A stretch of 63,705 bases of DNA, counting the filler, from Sphacelaria rigidula (taxonomy: Eukaryota), in assembly GCA_964200075.2 (NCBI GenBank). It is 5 parts of 5 records of this genome, joined end to end, with 100 filler letters (N's around TTAATTAATTAA, not from the genome) between each part and the next. Parts side by side here need not be neighbours in the genome. Positions count along the whole stretch, not along the records: positions 1 to 12,663 come from CAXNAA020003525.1; positions 12,764 to 25,425 come from CAXNAA020003526.1; 3 more parts are not named here. The stretch is one strand, 5' to 3'. The position numbers and the translations under genes were made by a program. Below the pieces are notes generated by a model. The model made no database searches. It was given only the letters and a program-made list of their open reading frames with translations, and was not told where the DNA came from. Position 1 is the first letter of the stretch, and each line of letters opens with the position of its first letter. This document shows, piece after piece, positions 11,748-24,071 of this stretch.

Positions 11748-12663
11748 AGGATAATATATGGTCAATAGTTGCAACACGTCTATACTTTACGCAGTGCATT
11801 TTTTTCTATTGTAACTTTCCATCATATGTTGCCCAGGGCGTGCTCAATTTACGAGTGACGGCAGACGTCTCCGGAGATCTAGAGTTGGATTTTTAATTCG
11901 GCTTTTTTGTTTTGTTACCGTGAGTCCGGGGAGGGGGGGGGGGGGGGGCAAAGAAGTGGGAAAACTCAGAAAAATCTCGAAGAACAAGGCTCCTTCAGTG
12001 ATGAAACCCCGAAGTAGTTGGAATTATTTGTCTCAAATTTGGAGCGTTTGCGAATAATCAAATGCTGCCTGCTTCCGTCTCATGGCTACTCGCTCAGTAG
12101 TGTTCACGGCAGACATTCACCGACTCAGTTGGAACACGCTGGCGACGGCTGGTTCGGCTCGTATTGTGTGTGGTGACTAATGGTGTTGGGAGTTTGAAGC
12201 ACACGTGACCTGGCCGTGGGATGAAGAAAACGACTGAGCGGCGGCCGCTGGCTTGCAAAAATATTGATGGTTTATGGGGTCAGAGTTTTCGATGAGGCTA
12301 TTTTCACCTCTAGTCTCTGGGGTAAAATCGCAACGCCTGTGTGCGAGTGTTCTTTAAAAGAATGGGCCATGGGCCGCTGAGACACTTCTCAGCCACAGCG
12401 TGTCTCAGATGCTCCAATTATTGGAAGAGCCCATATGTGCGGCCACTGTACGTCCAAAAAGCAAACAAGTGTCAACAACAGCAACATTTTATACGTCGAG
12501 AACTCATGAGCTACCTAAATATTTACTTCTTGTCAGTGTAAAAACCCGTATCTTGAGCTAGCTCATTTTGGCCCTTTTTCCATATTTGCACGGTTAGGGC
12601 GAATCATCACGACTAAGAATCACCAAATTCACGATTTCTTCGGCCTGATTCCCCAAAAGGACG

Positions 12664-12763
12664 NNNNNNNNNNNNNNNNNNNNNNNNNNNNNNNNNNNNN
12701 NNNNNNNTTAATTAATTAANNNNNNNNNNNNNNNNNNNNNNNNNNNNNNNNNNNNNNNNNNNN
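12664..12763. other. Artificial contig linker
   Basis: 100 nt of Ns with central TTAATTAATTAA (stop codons in all six frames). Confidence 0.99.
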
Positions 12764-13336
12764 CAAAGGTGTCTCGGGAGCAACATGATGGTGGATGTGT
12801 GGTACACGTCATATGATAACATCATCCACCGGTGTCAACCCAAATGTGGCCAACATAGTTGATAATTGACCGTCGCCTACAATCAAAGTGTTTCCATATA
12901 CTTACTATTTATACCCGAGTCGGGCAGCATCAGAGTGGCCCAAAATTACCCCAAAAATATTTTCTAGTGAAGCCAAATCGCGTAAAAACACGCCTCCGGC
13001 GGGGCCCCCTCACCAGCCGGGGGGGGCCGGTGGTCGCGGCTTCGCCGCGGCACCAGTGTACTGTTTGGACCCAGTATACTGGCTGCTGACCGCAGCCAGT
13101 ACACCTGGTACTGGCGCGCAGCGCCAGTACCCAACCCTACGAACTGCAGTGATTGTCGAAAACTCGTCTTGCCTCCCAATCAAGTTGGTTGGAAAGAGCG
13201 AGAACTTCTCGACAGCCTCTGCTGTTGAAATTCCATACCCGACTGCAAGTGCATGCCTCAACATCAGTATTTATATCACTTAACTGGTGATGTTGACGAT
13301 TGGCGTACACCCTGACTTAGCTAAATTGATGAAGTT

Positions 13337-13839
13337 TGAAAACCCCGTAGTTCGTTGTCTACCAATCGTGTTCCGCATCTGTTGTTGTTGTGTTGGAGGA
13401 TCATCTATTCTGGACGCCGGTCTACACCTTTCGGTATATGTGAGCGCACCAACCGGGGTCACACAGGAGGAAGGTCAACAAAGGAGTTTTTTCTTTTTTG
13501 TTTGTTTGTCATACTCCACCTTCCTTGTGCGGTGCTTGCCTTCATTTTCTATCGCGAGAGGGGTTCAGCAGTCTCTTTCCCTCGTCGACCGTTTAGTCGA
13601 ATTTTGTGTACCAACGACATAGTCGCTCTCCACTGTTGGGCATGGTGTGAGGAAAATGCCAGATCGCTCCGAGAGTTGAACCAACGACCCAACCTCCAGA
13701 GGATTTCGAGGTTACAAACTGAGCCACCGGGGCGACCGGCATCTGCAGGGTGAAAACGCCGCATCGTGGCTTCTGTACTTTGATAGAGATACGAGACAGT
13801 AACTTCACGATTGGTAGACAACGGACCACGCGGTTTTCA
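13337..13839. mobile_element. Small inverted-repeat element interrupted by the SINE
   Basis: 34-bp imperfect inverted repeats: TGAAAACCCCGTAGTTCGTTGTCTACCAATCGTG (13337-13370) and 13806-13839. Confidence 0.6.
13382..13738 (-). mobile_element. tRNA-derived SINE, full-length, with 7-bp TSD
   Basis: On the minus strand the head is CGGTCGCCCCGG-TGGCTCAGTTTG (A box)...GGTCGTT-GGTTCAACTCTC (B box) and the tail is (CAA)n. Flanked by GCATCTG at 13375-13381 and 13739-13745. Homologous to 55253-55627. Confidence 0.8.
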
Positions 13840-14399
13840 TTACCCGTGTCTAAAAATTTGCGAGTTATGTACCATCGACTCACCATTACCACAGCTGCGG
13901 CTAAAGCTTGATGCTTCGGAGCACAGCGGTGTGGACATATAATCGTCACACACACTCCGGAGCACAGCGGTGTTCGGCGCGAATTCTCAGCCAACGTTGC
14001 AGCAGGAAGAAGACAAACATTGTGAAAGTGTAGCATATATGGGGAATGAATGAGCAGTGGAATTTATTGCCAGATAAGTCAACCTTTCCATAGGTGCAAG
14101 ATGCGCGAAATTTTATCGGAAGGGCTTCGGCCTACATGGTTTCGACATCTCTTTCGCTTGGAAGACGTCTGTGGAACTCGAGACAGGAGGGGGAAGGTTG
14201 TTCACCCGAGTAATTAACCGAACAACCGGGGATATGATCCAATATTCGCACGTGGTGCTCTGAGCCCCCTGGGGCCCCGATGTGAGCTAAGACAAAGCAC
14301 ACTGCGAATGGCACTTTTTGTACCTTCCTTGCTTGAGGGTGCTCGATCTGCCTTGGGTCCGGGTTTGGTTTACAGGGGTTGCGTTATGATTCAATGAAA

Positions 14400-14770
14400 A
14401 AAGTATGTGTCAGCCATCGCTACTTTATGTCGAACCTTGTCTCTGCAGGAGCATTCATGTATCACTCGGCATGAAGGCTTGAAAAAACACGCATTCAATT
14501 TACGTGAGATCGAGAGTCCAGGATACGATTGAGAGAAGCGGTCAATTACTTCATGAAAAGTTTCAGTTCGGAAATGCCCCTCGCCGATATCTGATATATT
14601 CTCTGCGCTAGCTTGCCACTGAAGCTCTTGATATCCCTGACCGACGTGTAGCTGTAAGCACACGACAGTGTTGCAGGCAAAGAAAAGCACGCACAAGATG
14701 CAAATGATCAAATTTACCCTCAAACAACGCTGAACTCTCGATTTCACAAAAATATTGTTAGTAGACCGTT
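14400..14770 (-). mobile_element. Dispersed repeat; inverted copy at about 23640-24040
   Basis: The reverse complement shares GTGTGCTTACAGCTACACGTCG...GGGATATCAAG...CAGTGGC...AACCGCTT with 23740-23900. Confidence 0.7.
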
Positions 14771-16432
14771 TCCTGCTGTTCGTATTTTCTTCATCGTACT
14801 CCACAAAACAAAATATTGTTGTCGTTGTTGTTGTCGTCACATTAGAAGGCCTTTCCGATATGTGCGCAGTACTCTGTACTGGGCATCTGATCCGGACGCC
14901 TTCCGTGGTCACAGGCTAACTACCCCAATATAGGGTAAAAGCAAAAAATTACGAGGAAAATAATACCGCTGGGAAAATACAAGGAGGAATGTTGACCCTA
15001 TCTTACGGTTCCAGATTCTTTTTTGGGGGGGGGGGGGGGGGAGGAACCAAAAGCACGGATAGCGGAATTCAAAGGGGTGTGCATGCCAAGGCGAGGTACA
15101 AAGACTCGGAGACTTTGCCATGCCAAGCTTCCTGTGTTGATGTAAGAAGAAGTGAAACATAGACCTCCCCCGATCGCTGCTGGCCCAGCTCGTACTCTGT
15201 GTGCAAACTGGCATTTTCAACCTTTACTGCCGTATGCGGCAGTACAGACCGTACTGTGTGCTAGTCTAGTACGGCCTGCACTGCGCCCCTCCTCATAAAT
15301 TTTAGGTCGCCGTTGTATAGTACTGTCTGCAACCTGACATCTGCGCATATATGCTGCCGCACGCAGCAGTGCAGACAGTACGTAGTGTACTGCTTAGTTT
15401 TGTCTGCTCGTTACGTTGTCCATATCAAGTCTAGTGCAGCCGTTGTACACTACTGCCAAACTGAGACATGCTGCTATCTGCACGCACCTTGTCCACATCA
15501 TTTTCAGCAGCCGTTGGGTGCAACCTGACGTTTGCATCCTACTGGTAAAAGCGGCGGTACACACAGTACAGTACAGTACTGCTTAGTGCTGTCTGTATTG
15601 CGCGTTGTCCACATCTATCGCGTTGTCCGCATCGTTTTTACTACGGCCGCTGTGCATTACAGTTGTGTCCAAACTGACACCTACAAGCGTGAGGCAGCAC
15701 AGGCAGTACACGTAGTCTCGCCGTGTCGCGAAGGAAAAATACAAGTCGATCTCGTCTCTTATTTTTTCAACAAATATAACCCAGGAGGGCTCATCTCCTC
15801 TTCTCGTATTTTTTTGCCGAGAATATCGTGGAAATACGAACCATAGGGAGCCTTGTTGTATTTTTTCGTCCTCTTTTGCAAAGTATGATGGGAAAATACG
15901 AACTGTAAGAAATGGCTTTGTAGCACAATGAAGGATATGAAAATGGGAAGCGCGTTTACCCGAGTTGTCGTCAATACCCCATGGTTAGCATATACTCGTG
16001 TTCGTCGAACCCTAACCCCAACTCGAGAGCACCGAGAATTCTTGGGCAAGGGGGGTACACAGGGTACTCAGCGCAAAGCGTTCGCTGGTAGAGTTCAAAT
16101 AGGCGCTTGCGGCGCCGAACCGAGCAACAACGTGTGCTACGCACTCCGGGGAGCAATTAGGACCATTTCAGCCTCCTGAAGGTCCAAATCTACAGGGGCT
16201 TTAATTAATTGTGTTCGAACCGTGGGTTTTTGAGGGCATCGTGACTGAAGATCTACAGTACAAATGTCAGTGGTGGAGAATGGATGTGTTCGCAGTCAAG
16301 GAGGCGAATGCTATTGGCGGTGAAGGAAAGGTGAAATGGGGTTGCCTCTTAACCCGCAAACATCGCTTGTTCGCCGTCTGTGTTGCTTGTTGTATTCACA
16401 CGTTCGGACGACCTCACTGATGGTGTGGACAG

Positions 16433-16558
16433 GTGGAGTACGATGGGCAGGCGTGGGTGTCGCTGGGCTTCTCCCCAAATGGCGATATGGTTGGATCGGA
16501 CGCAGTGATCGGTCTGCCAGACGCAGCGGAAGTTGTGGAGTATGAACTAGCTTCTAAG
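16433..16558 (+). CDS. DOMON domain exon (internal)
   Basis: ggacag|VEYDGQAWVSLGFSPNGDMVGSDAVIGLPDAAEVVEYELASK|gtaatg; typical DOMON W-x-x-x-G-F-S...M-x-G-S-D motif; phase 0 to 0. Confidence 0.9.
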
Positions 16559-17964
16559 GTAATGGGGGATACGAACTCTACTAAATAGCCGATTTCGATT
16601 TTTTTTTCCAAGCGCCCAAGGATACGTCCGCGATCGTCAAAGACCACGTTTCCGAGATTTTCGAGTTCAACACGTGAGGAAACGCACCATAAACCACGAT
16701 CTGACAGATGGCGCAAAATGCTACACGAACAACATTGGTCCGGTTAGATGTCAGCGAGAGATGCAGAGTGATGCGGGGGACGAATAATGAGCCGTAAACT
16801 TCATGGTTGCCTCTTACCATAACTTCCAACCGTGAAGTTTTGGGGGTGATATCGACTGTTCCAGCCAATAGCGTGCGAACGGCACTACTCTCGGAAGATA
16901 CAGAAGTATATTTGTGAGACCACAATGGAGATTCTCGGAAGTGTTATTTTCGTATTTTCAGGATATAAACGGAAGAGGAGAAGCCGGTAACGGTTGAAAT
17001 TTCACGCTAAAAAAAACTATAATACCAAGTTTTCAGCGCCAGAGCCCCGTCCGGAGCACTTCATACTGAAGTCCGATGCGCCTTTTCAGCCTGCAGTACG
17101 GGACGATGAGGAATCACCCCGACCCCGACCACTACGGTCATAGCCAGTTCACATTAAATCTACCCTAACAAGCGAAGTGGGATATCCATCACAAGTGTCA
17201 TGCTAATCACAATGGACCTGTCACGAAGTAGCAACGCTTGGCATCGCAATCAGAGGGTCTCCCAGCCAGCGCCATGGTATCAGCATTCGCTTGGTGGTGT
17301 AGCGTGAAATTGAAACGTTCGGCGGGTACCCACGATGCTTTGGGTAAAGATCCTCACTATTGCCAATCTCAGCTGGAAGGAGACGGTGTAGACGGTTCAT
17401 ATTCTACAGCGCACATTCAGTGCTGCACCTGACTGCACCGTCATTCCGTAATTTACTGTCTCTCCTACGGACTCGCTATGATGCAGTGCTGTGCTGACCT
17501 TTGCATTTTCGAACGGCACGCTGGTCGATCGTACATTTGGCGGGACAACCTGCGGCCAATCACTGCGAACAGTGTACAAGTCACGTCACGTTAGATTCTG
17601 CCCTGAAGTTTCAGCTTTCATTCTCAAGCTTTTCAAAGCTTCCACGCTGAAGTTCTTCCCGTTATGATTCTGAAATGAATTTTGAAATTTTCGAAACTCT
17701 CTATTTGCGGTGTGAACAAAAAAATGACGCAGAGCATAGCTCCTAACCCTAACCCTCAGTTGCGTGTACGCACCCCCCGCTCTGGGCCGAACCATCCTAG
17801 AATAACAAGATGCAGATCAACCCTCATGCGACTCGCCGAACACATCACAGCGCTCCGCGCTTGGTGATTGATTCCGAGCCAGGTCCGGCGAATCTCGACG
17901 TGTTCCGTCCCGGCTTTGTGGGGATGCGAGGTCAATGGCCACGTGACCCCGGCATTGATGAACT

Positions 17965-18145
17965 GTTTTTCTCACATTGGCTGATCGCAACAAACCAGCC
18001 CGTGGTCGGGAGCGGCAAAAAAAGAACATGATCATAAAAGAAAAAAGGAGAGAAACAGAAGAAAATGGAAGCAACGACCTCAGAAAGGAGAGAGAAAGAA
18101 GTAAGCAGCGATAACAACAAAAACACCACCACCAACAACAACATG
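17965..18145 (+). mobile_element. Dispersed repeat inserted into a family-B copy; second copy at about 53870-54030
   Basis: CTCACATTGGCTGAT...CGTGGTC...GGAAGCAACG-CCTCAGAAAGG...GCAGCGATAACAACAAA at both sites. The family-B sequence resumes at about 18145. Confidence 0.7.
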
Positions 18146-20553
18146 AAATATCATGAGTACTTCCCCCCCCCCCCAAATGAGATCAGATGACCACATGAAT
18201 GGTGATGTACGTAGACACGAGAACCCATCGATATACTTTGTGGACAACTAGTACTCATCTCCCTTCCCCCGTTTCTTCCCGCCCGGGGATGAAACCGCTT
18301 TATCCTCTCCCCAAGTGAATGTAAAACGGTTTTTGTGTGACGTACGGAAGAAACGTAATGAGCACCGCAATGTTGGAGACTGTCTCTTCTAGGAGGTAGG
18401 AACGGTGCTTCGTCTGGGAAGGGATGCGTGGTCAGTAGCCAAACGACTAAGGTGAGCGACAAATGAGTAGGCCTCACGTACGATGAGTGTTACCTATCGT
18501 TTTGGCCAGTTGCATGGGCTTTCACACGCAAATGGCAATGGTTCTCCAGGATCTATGGGGGTTTTTTGGAAAGTACTATCCTATACTACTGCTTGACGAC
18601 CCCTGTCTCCCTCCATCCCCCGGCTCCAAGATGAAGTCAACGCATCCCCTCCCCAAACAATGTCGGTGGGAGGGGGGGGGGGCGACATTCGATGTTTTAG
18701 ACGTTCGCGGACGAACAATAAATCTGAATGCGTGACCGGTACCAAGAGAAAGCATACAACCTACGCTAAGTAGTCATACCTTGCGTTTTTCTTAACGGGA
18801 CTGCAAGCATCCCGGACAAGATCTCGTTCCACCCCTTCCTCAAGTACGCCCAGCGGGAATGATCCGCCGTCATGACCGCTTGAAGACGAGTGACGATGCC
18901 CCTGAACATGCGACAGGCAAATTTGGTACAAATTTAGCCTACCCTATCGTACATCTCTATTGCGTGCATCTTATGTAAAAATGTGTTGATATATATTGTA
19001 TATGTATGGGTGGGTGTTTGATAATTGGTTGTGGTGGATGGAATTGGATCGTCTTTTTGTTGTTCGGATGGTTTTCGACGAGGAGAAAATAGATAAAATA
19101 TTGCATGTCTATATGGATCGGAAAATAATTGAAAAAAACAACAGAGAGTTTCTGAAAACGTTTTTTTCCCCATCTGGGAGTCAATGTGAGGAAAAATAGA
19201 CGGTGTGGATGAGTGATAGACGTCTCCTCGGAGTGGATTCACCTCCTGACAATCGAGGGACATCCGGGGGTTTCCGGGGGGTGGGGGTGAACTCATGATC
19301 TTGCATGCCGTAGCCATAAGGCCGTTGACCTCGCATACCTATGAAGCCAAGACTGACCACGGCGGGTTTTCACCGGACCAGGCTCGGGGGGTGGGGGGTG
19401 GCGGTCGCGGGGTGTGTTTTTGACAGGGGGTGGGGGCTATTCGCAAAAGAGCCGACAAGCTCACTGAGTGAATCATATGTATTTGGAAGTTGCCCTCGGA
19501 AAAGTTTCACGCAGGAATGAGGCCCAGGAGGAGCGCAGTGATCATTTTGGAAGCTGTGATTAGTCAGAGTGACCAGTATGCTGTAACTAGAGATGGATAA
19601 CCTCGCACTTTAGCCTTATGTCCCATTTTGGTCATGACCATTCAACCACAGATAACATGGGCACAAACAACACGCTTTTTACTGTGCTCGTAGTCTTGTC
19701 CGCCTGCCTAACCCCTCTTGTGTCCCCAGCATAGCTGCACAGTCTGTATTGTTTTGTAGACATCAGCAGTGTGCAGTAGACTGTTCAGTGGAAAGCGATG
19801 GTACGCTCACTGCTCCTTGCCGTTGTATCCAGCGAAGATGTACAACATTACTGTTGGCTCTACACGCGCTTGACTGGAGGTAAAACCCGGTCAGGGGTTC
19901 TCTTGTACTACTTTTCATGTATATGCCCAACATCCTCACGTCCATGACAAAGGTCGTTTCGTGCAGTGAAGAAACAGTTGTTCTGAACCCCAAATATGGC
20001 ATAGTCCATCTAAGTCCGTCCGAGAGGATTTGGTAGTCCAAGGGTTAACGCTGTGCAATCTTGTTCGCATATTGACATGCCGGCTGTTTGCTCCGATTGG
20101 TCTCCATACCTGTTGAATCTGTGACTTCTTGAGTCAGCGTAAATCAAATCTGGACACGCGATGCCGTTGAAACGGGGTGAAACACATCTCGTGCGCGCGG
20201 ATAGAACCCTGCCGCTGTGCTGTGCATCTACTGCGGTTGTTGGTTCGCTTTTCCAATGTGATGTAGTACGTCAATTTCCTAGCAATTTGTTATGCTTACA
20301 GCATTCGAACGGAGGGGTCTCCTATCGCTTGTATGTGTTGCCAGGAATTTCATGTTGCTGTGGGCAGTGGGTGCGGTAGATCTTGGCGTGATATCGCCGA
20401 TGGACTTCCATGGGTAAGTCGCACCGTGATGCAAGGGAACTAAGGCATGTGGTGCGAACACACCATAATCCCGCCAACTGCTTTCCCCGACCCCAAATCT
20501 ACGCCCGCCCCTTCCCCTCGACTGTATATTCCACCTCCACGAACATGAAACAG

Positions 20554-21474
20554 TCGTTATCCGGGGTTACGGCATTCGATACGCAAGAGCTCGCCCGCAC
20601 GAGCGTGACCCAGAACAATGATGGCACGACCATGACCTTCACGAGGCCGTTGACGCCCGCCGATGGGAACAAACAGCGTATCTCTACTGCGACCATCATC
20701 TGGGCATTTGGGGTGAGCAACGAGCTGGAAAACCACACCGGTGACAACCGCGGCGTGTCCACCGTAGATGTGCTGCTGTGCGAGGACGACGCCACGGCCA
20801 CGACCCCACCTACAGCGGCGGGAACCCCAGCGCCCACGGTGGCCGAGGATACCCCCATGCCGGTCGATGAAACACGGTCTCCCGGGAGTGCCGAAACACC
20901 CGTACCTTCCACCGCGGAAACTACGCCATCCCCTGCCGGCGGTAGCGGTGGTGGTACCGTGGAACCCACGGCTGCAGCAACCGATTCGCCCCCTACTGAC
21001 GCCGAGGCTACTGTTGCTCCCACGATGGCGATGACGACCCCACCTGCCGACGCCGAGGCTACTGTTGCTCCCACGATGGCGATGACGACCCCACCTGCCG
21101 ACGCCGAGGTTACTGATGCTCCCACGACTTCTCCCACTTCTTCCGCCGTCAATACTTCGGTAGCTCCCTCTGCGGCGTCTACGGACGCGTTGACCGCTAT
21201 GCCTTCCACGATTGCACCGACTGAGGTGACGGACAGGGGATTCCCTGTCGATGGAACGTCCGATGCACCTACTGCGGCGCCGACCGCCGCCGGTTCGATG
21301 CCCGTCGTTGGCACAACCCGCTCGCCCGCGAACCCGGCGGCGCCTGTTTCTGGGTCGGGGGACTCGAGCGGCGCTGCTGCTCTCGGCGGAGGTGCACAGG
21401 TGTGGGTTGGAATGGTGGTGACCATGCTTGCTGCTGTGCTTGGATACCGTGGAGCTGTTATGCGTTCATGGTAG
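20554..21474 (+). CDS. Terminal exon: DOMON C-terminal half, Thr/Pro/Ala-rich stalk and hydrophobic C-terminus (GPI or transmembrane anchor)
   Basis: aaacag|SLSGVTAFDTQELARTSVTQNNDGTTMTFTRPL...IIWAFGVSNELENH...; about 200 aa of T/P/A low complexity; ends SSGAAALGGGAQVWVGMVVTMLAAVLGYRGAVMRSW*. In phase with the 16433-16558 exon. Confidence 0.88.
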   Translation, partial: SLSGVTAFDTQELARTSVTQNNDGTTMTFTRPLTPADGNKQRISTATIIWAFGVSNELENHTGDNRGVSTVDVLLCEDDATATTPPTAAGTPAPTVAEDTPMPVDETRSPGSAETPVPSTAETTPSPAGGSGGGTVEPTAAATDSPPTDAEATVAPTMAMTTPPADAEATVAPTMAMTTPPADAEVTDAPTTSPTSSAVNTSVAPSAASTDALTAMPSTIAPTEVTDRGFPVDGTSDAPTAAPTAAGSMPVVGTTRSPANPAAPVSGSGDSSGAAALGGGAQVWVGMVVTMLAAVLGYRGAVMRSW

Positions 21475-21789
21475 TCTGTTTTCATGAGGAGTATCCCTTT
21501 GCGAGCGCGATGGAGCTCATTTTTATTTTGGTGACATGTTCTCTTGGCTATTTGTTTTCGTAGGGATGGTTGAAGTTTGGGGGGGAGCCATGGGGGTATA
21601 CTCATGACCTTGCATACCTAGTCAGAAGACCGTTCACCTCGCACTCCTGCAAGCCCGGAGCACGCCGGGTTTTCGCCGGATCAGGGTCACAATCACGAAG
21701 CGCAAATCACTGTAATATGTTGGGGAGTCGGTTGAGGGATGAGCTGCATCCTACAACGATTGTTTACCCCGAAGTGCACTGAAAATCTT

Positions 21790-22090
21790 GCGTATGACTG
21801 TCAGCCTCCAATGAGTTGCTTCATTTTCTGGTATTGCCACTTCCAGCGACAGCCACGGCTTAGACACTGCCTCATGGGTATCTCGCTATTTGATCACCAC
21901 GTAGTACGATAATCCCATTTGCGCAGGGCTGAGGTTCTTCACCCCGCACAATATGATGTAACTCGACCGCCATCATGGTTACAGCAAATAAAAACGCGAG
22001 TGGAAAGAAACGGTAACGTGGTTGCTTGGCATACCCAACGGGTGGCGTGTTTTACACCGTCGTTGTGACCTGACACCAACCCTCGAAGGG
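21790..22090 (+). mobile_element. Dispersed repeat following family B; related copies at about 54440-54715 and 24650-24860
   Basis: CAGCCTCCA-TGAGTTGCTTC...CTGGTATTG...CACCACGTA...AGGTTCTTC...GGTAAC-TGGTTGC shared. Confidence 0.65.
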
Positions 22091-24071
22091 GGTAGGACTG
22101 TGTGGCAGAGGGGCATGCAGCGGAAACGAGCGATGTTTAGATTGGAGAGGGTTCCAGTTATGCGTCGTTTTTGTAGCTTCGTGTTGATTCCTTGAGAATG
22201 GGATGCCCACCCGGGTGATCGAGGGGAGAAGGGGGATGTATGAGACAAGATTGGCTCCTGCTAGTGCTGTGGCTGTGAGGGCAAGTTTTACTCTTGTATT
22301 TTAGTCAATCCTATGGTTGGGTTATTTCTGGGACTGCGAAGCACACACTTTTGCAAGGGGGGAACTTTCGAGCTTTCGGTGTTGCTTTTCCTTGGAGCAG
22401 TAGCCAGCCACACCGCATGCATATTGCGGTGTCACAGTATCGCGCGCGAGAAAATGTCGTCGCTTTGTCCCAGCAGATTAGATTGGATTCGGAGGTGGGC
22501 GGACAAGTAGGACAGGTATGTTTTTGTCGAGATGAAATCGGGGCAGCGTGTTGTCCCGCACCGCTTTCTGAGAAGTCTTGCTGATCTAGCCGATTTTTCC
22601 CGGCCAAAGATACATCGTACACGGCCCACCTTCTTTTCACCCGTAGTGTTCCTTCCTCCTCGCCGCCGCGCCGTGGTACTTACTGCCATGGTTTTGAAGC
22701 CATGGAGTTGTGTCTTGCCTCCGTGGTTGCGCGGGCACTTTTGTCGCGGGTATAATCCTTGTTTGGCGATCTGTTTCGTGTGCATCATTGACCTCGTCCA
22801 TCATGGGCCTTGTACTCAACAGGGGGTACACATATTTTTGTAATTTCATGCGGTAGTCAAGACTTTCGGGCAGTGAAATGTTGGCGAATATTTCGCCGCG
22901 AACGAGTGACTTCCGGAGTCAGCGAGCGTCTGAGCAAAGAGTTTCCGGAATAATACTCGTGCACGACGGTACTGCAGGTCCGGTAGATCAGAGTTTGCTG
23001 ATGATTTTCGGAAGCATTCACGGTGTCCCAATGTTTTCGTACGAACGTGTAAGTACCTGAGTGTATTTATCTTATATTTTCGGGGGTTGGACGGGGGCGG
23101 GGGGCAAAGGCTGTTCTCGCATGCATACCAAGGCCAACGTTCGTTTGGCTGTTTGATCGCTTGAGATTTGTTTGGGGAAGCCTTCCGTGGCGGTAAAGGC
23201 CTGGATTCGTGTCGAGATGTTTTTCCGGAGGTGCGGCTGGTTCATCCAGATGCAGATTTTTCTTTCGTTCCTCTCTTTCGCAGTCATATATCCTTCCGTT
23301 TCCCCCAGATTGTTGAAATATTTTGTGACGCGTATGTATGCGTGTTTATTGACTTTTCGTTGCTTGTAGTTCGTGATAAGTAGACCGAGGTGACGCAGTA
23401 GGTCAATCGAGATGTATTCAGCGATGTTGTGCTCGATCTCGGGGGTTGCGGGCACGGTGCTGCGCGCGTACACAGCCAACAGCTGCTGGTCTGGCGATCT
23501 TCATTCCTGTGGAACAACCCGCATGCAAACATGAATATATATACAGACTGGTTCACGCTTGTCACCCAAAATTCACTACAGGTACTCCGCAAATGCCTTC
23601 CGCAATACCTATCCAATAGTCGCGCACATGGCCTCCAAATTGTTCAGTAATGACAACGTTTTCGTGAGATTGAGAGTAGAGCGCTGATTGAGAGCAGTTT
23701 GGATCATTCGCTTGAACTTGGCCAATTTTTCAGTGTGTGCTTTTCTTTGCCTCCATCACTGGCGTGTGCTTACAGCTACACGTCGATATCCTACTCGGGG
23801 ATATCAAGGGCCTCAGTGGCGAGCTACTACAAATAGCATATCGAGCCTCGCGGCGGGGCGTTTCGGAACTGAATCGGTTCATGCACCAATTAACCGCTTT
23901 TCACTCTCAATGGTATCTTCTACTCTCAATCTCACAAAAACATTGTTTAATGTAGTATGGATTTAACAACCCAGTTTTGACGCACTATTTACATGCTTCA
24001 AAATGTAGTGATGGCCATCAGCTCGGGAATCTAACGGAAAAAAACAGACTTGTTGACTTCGAAGACGGTTA

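Noticed and set aside
12708..12719. TTAATTAATTAA as a biological motif
   Set aside because: Identical in all four N-gaps; it is an artificial six-frame stop linker.
17742..17757. Telomere (CCTAACCCTAACCCT; similar at about 16008 and 57451)
   Set aside because: Only about two units, internal; not an array.
20499..21605. 368-aa minus-strand ORF
   Set aside because: Antisense shadow of the GC-rich DOMON/mucin exon.
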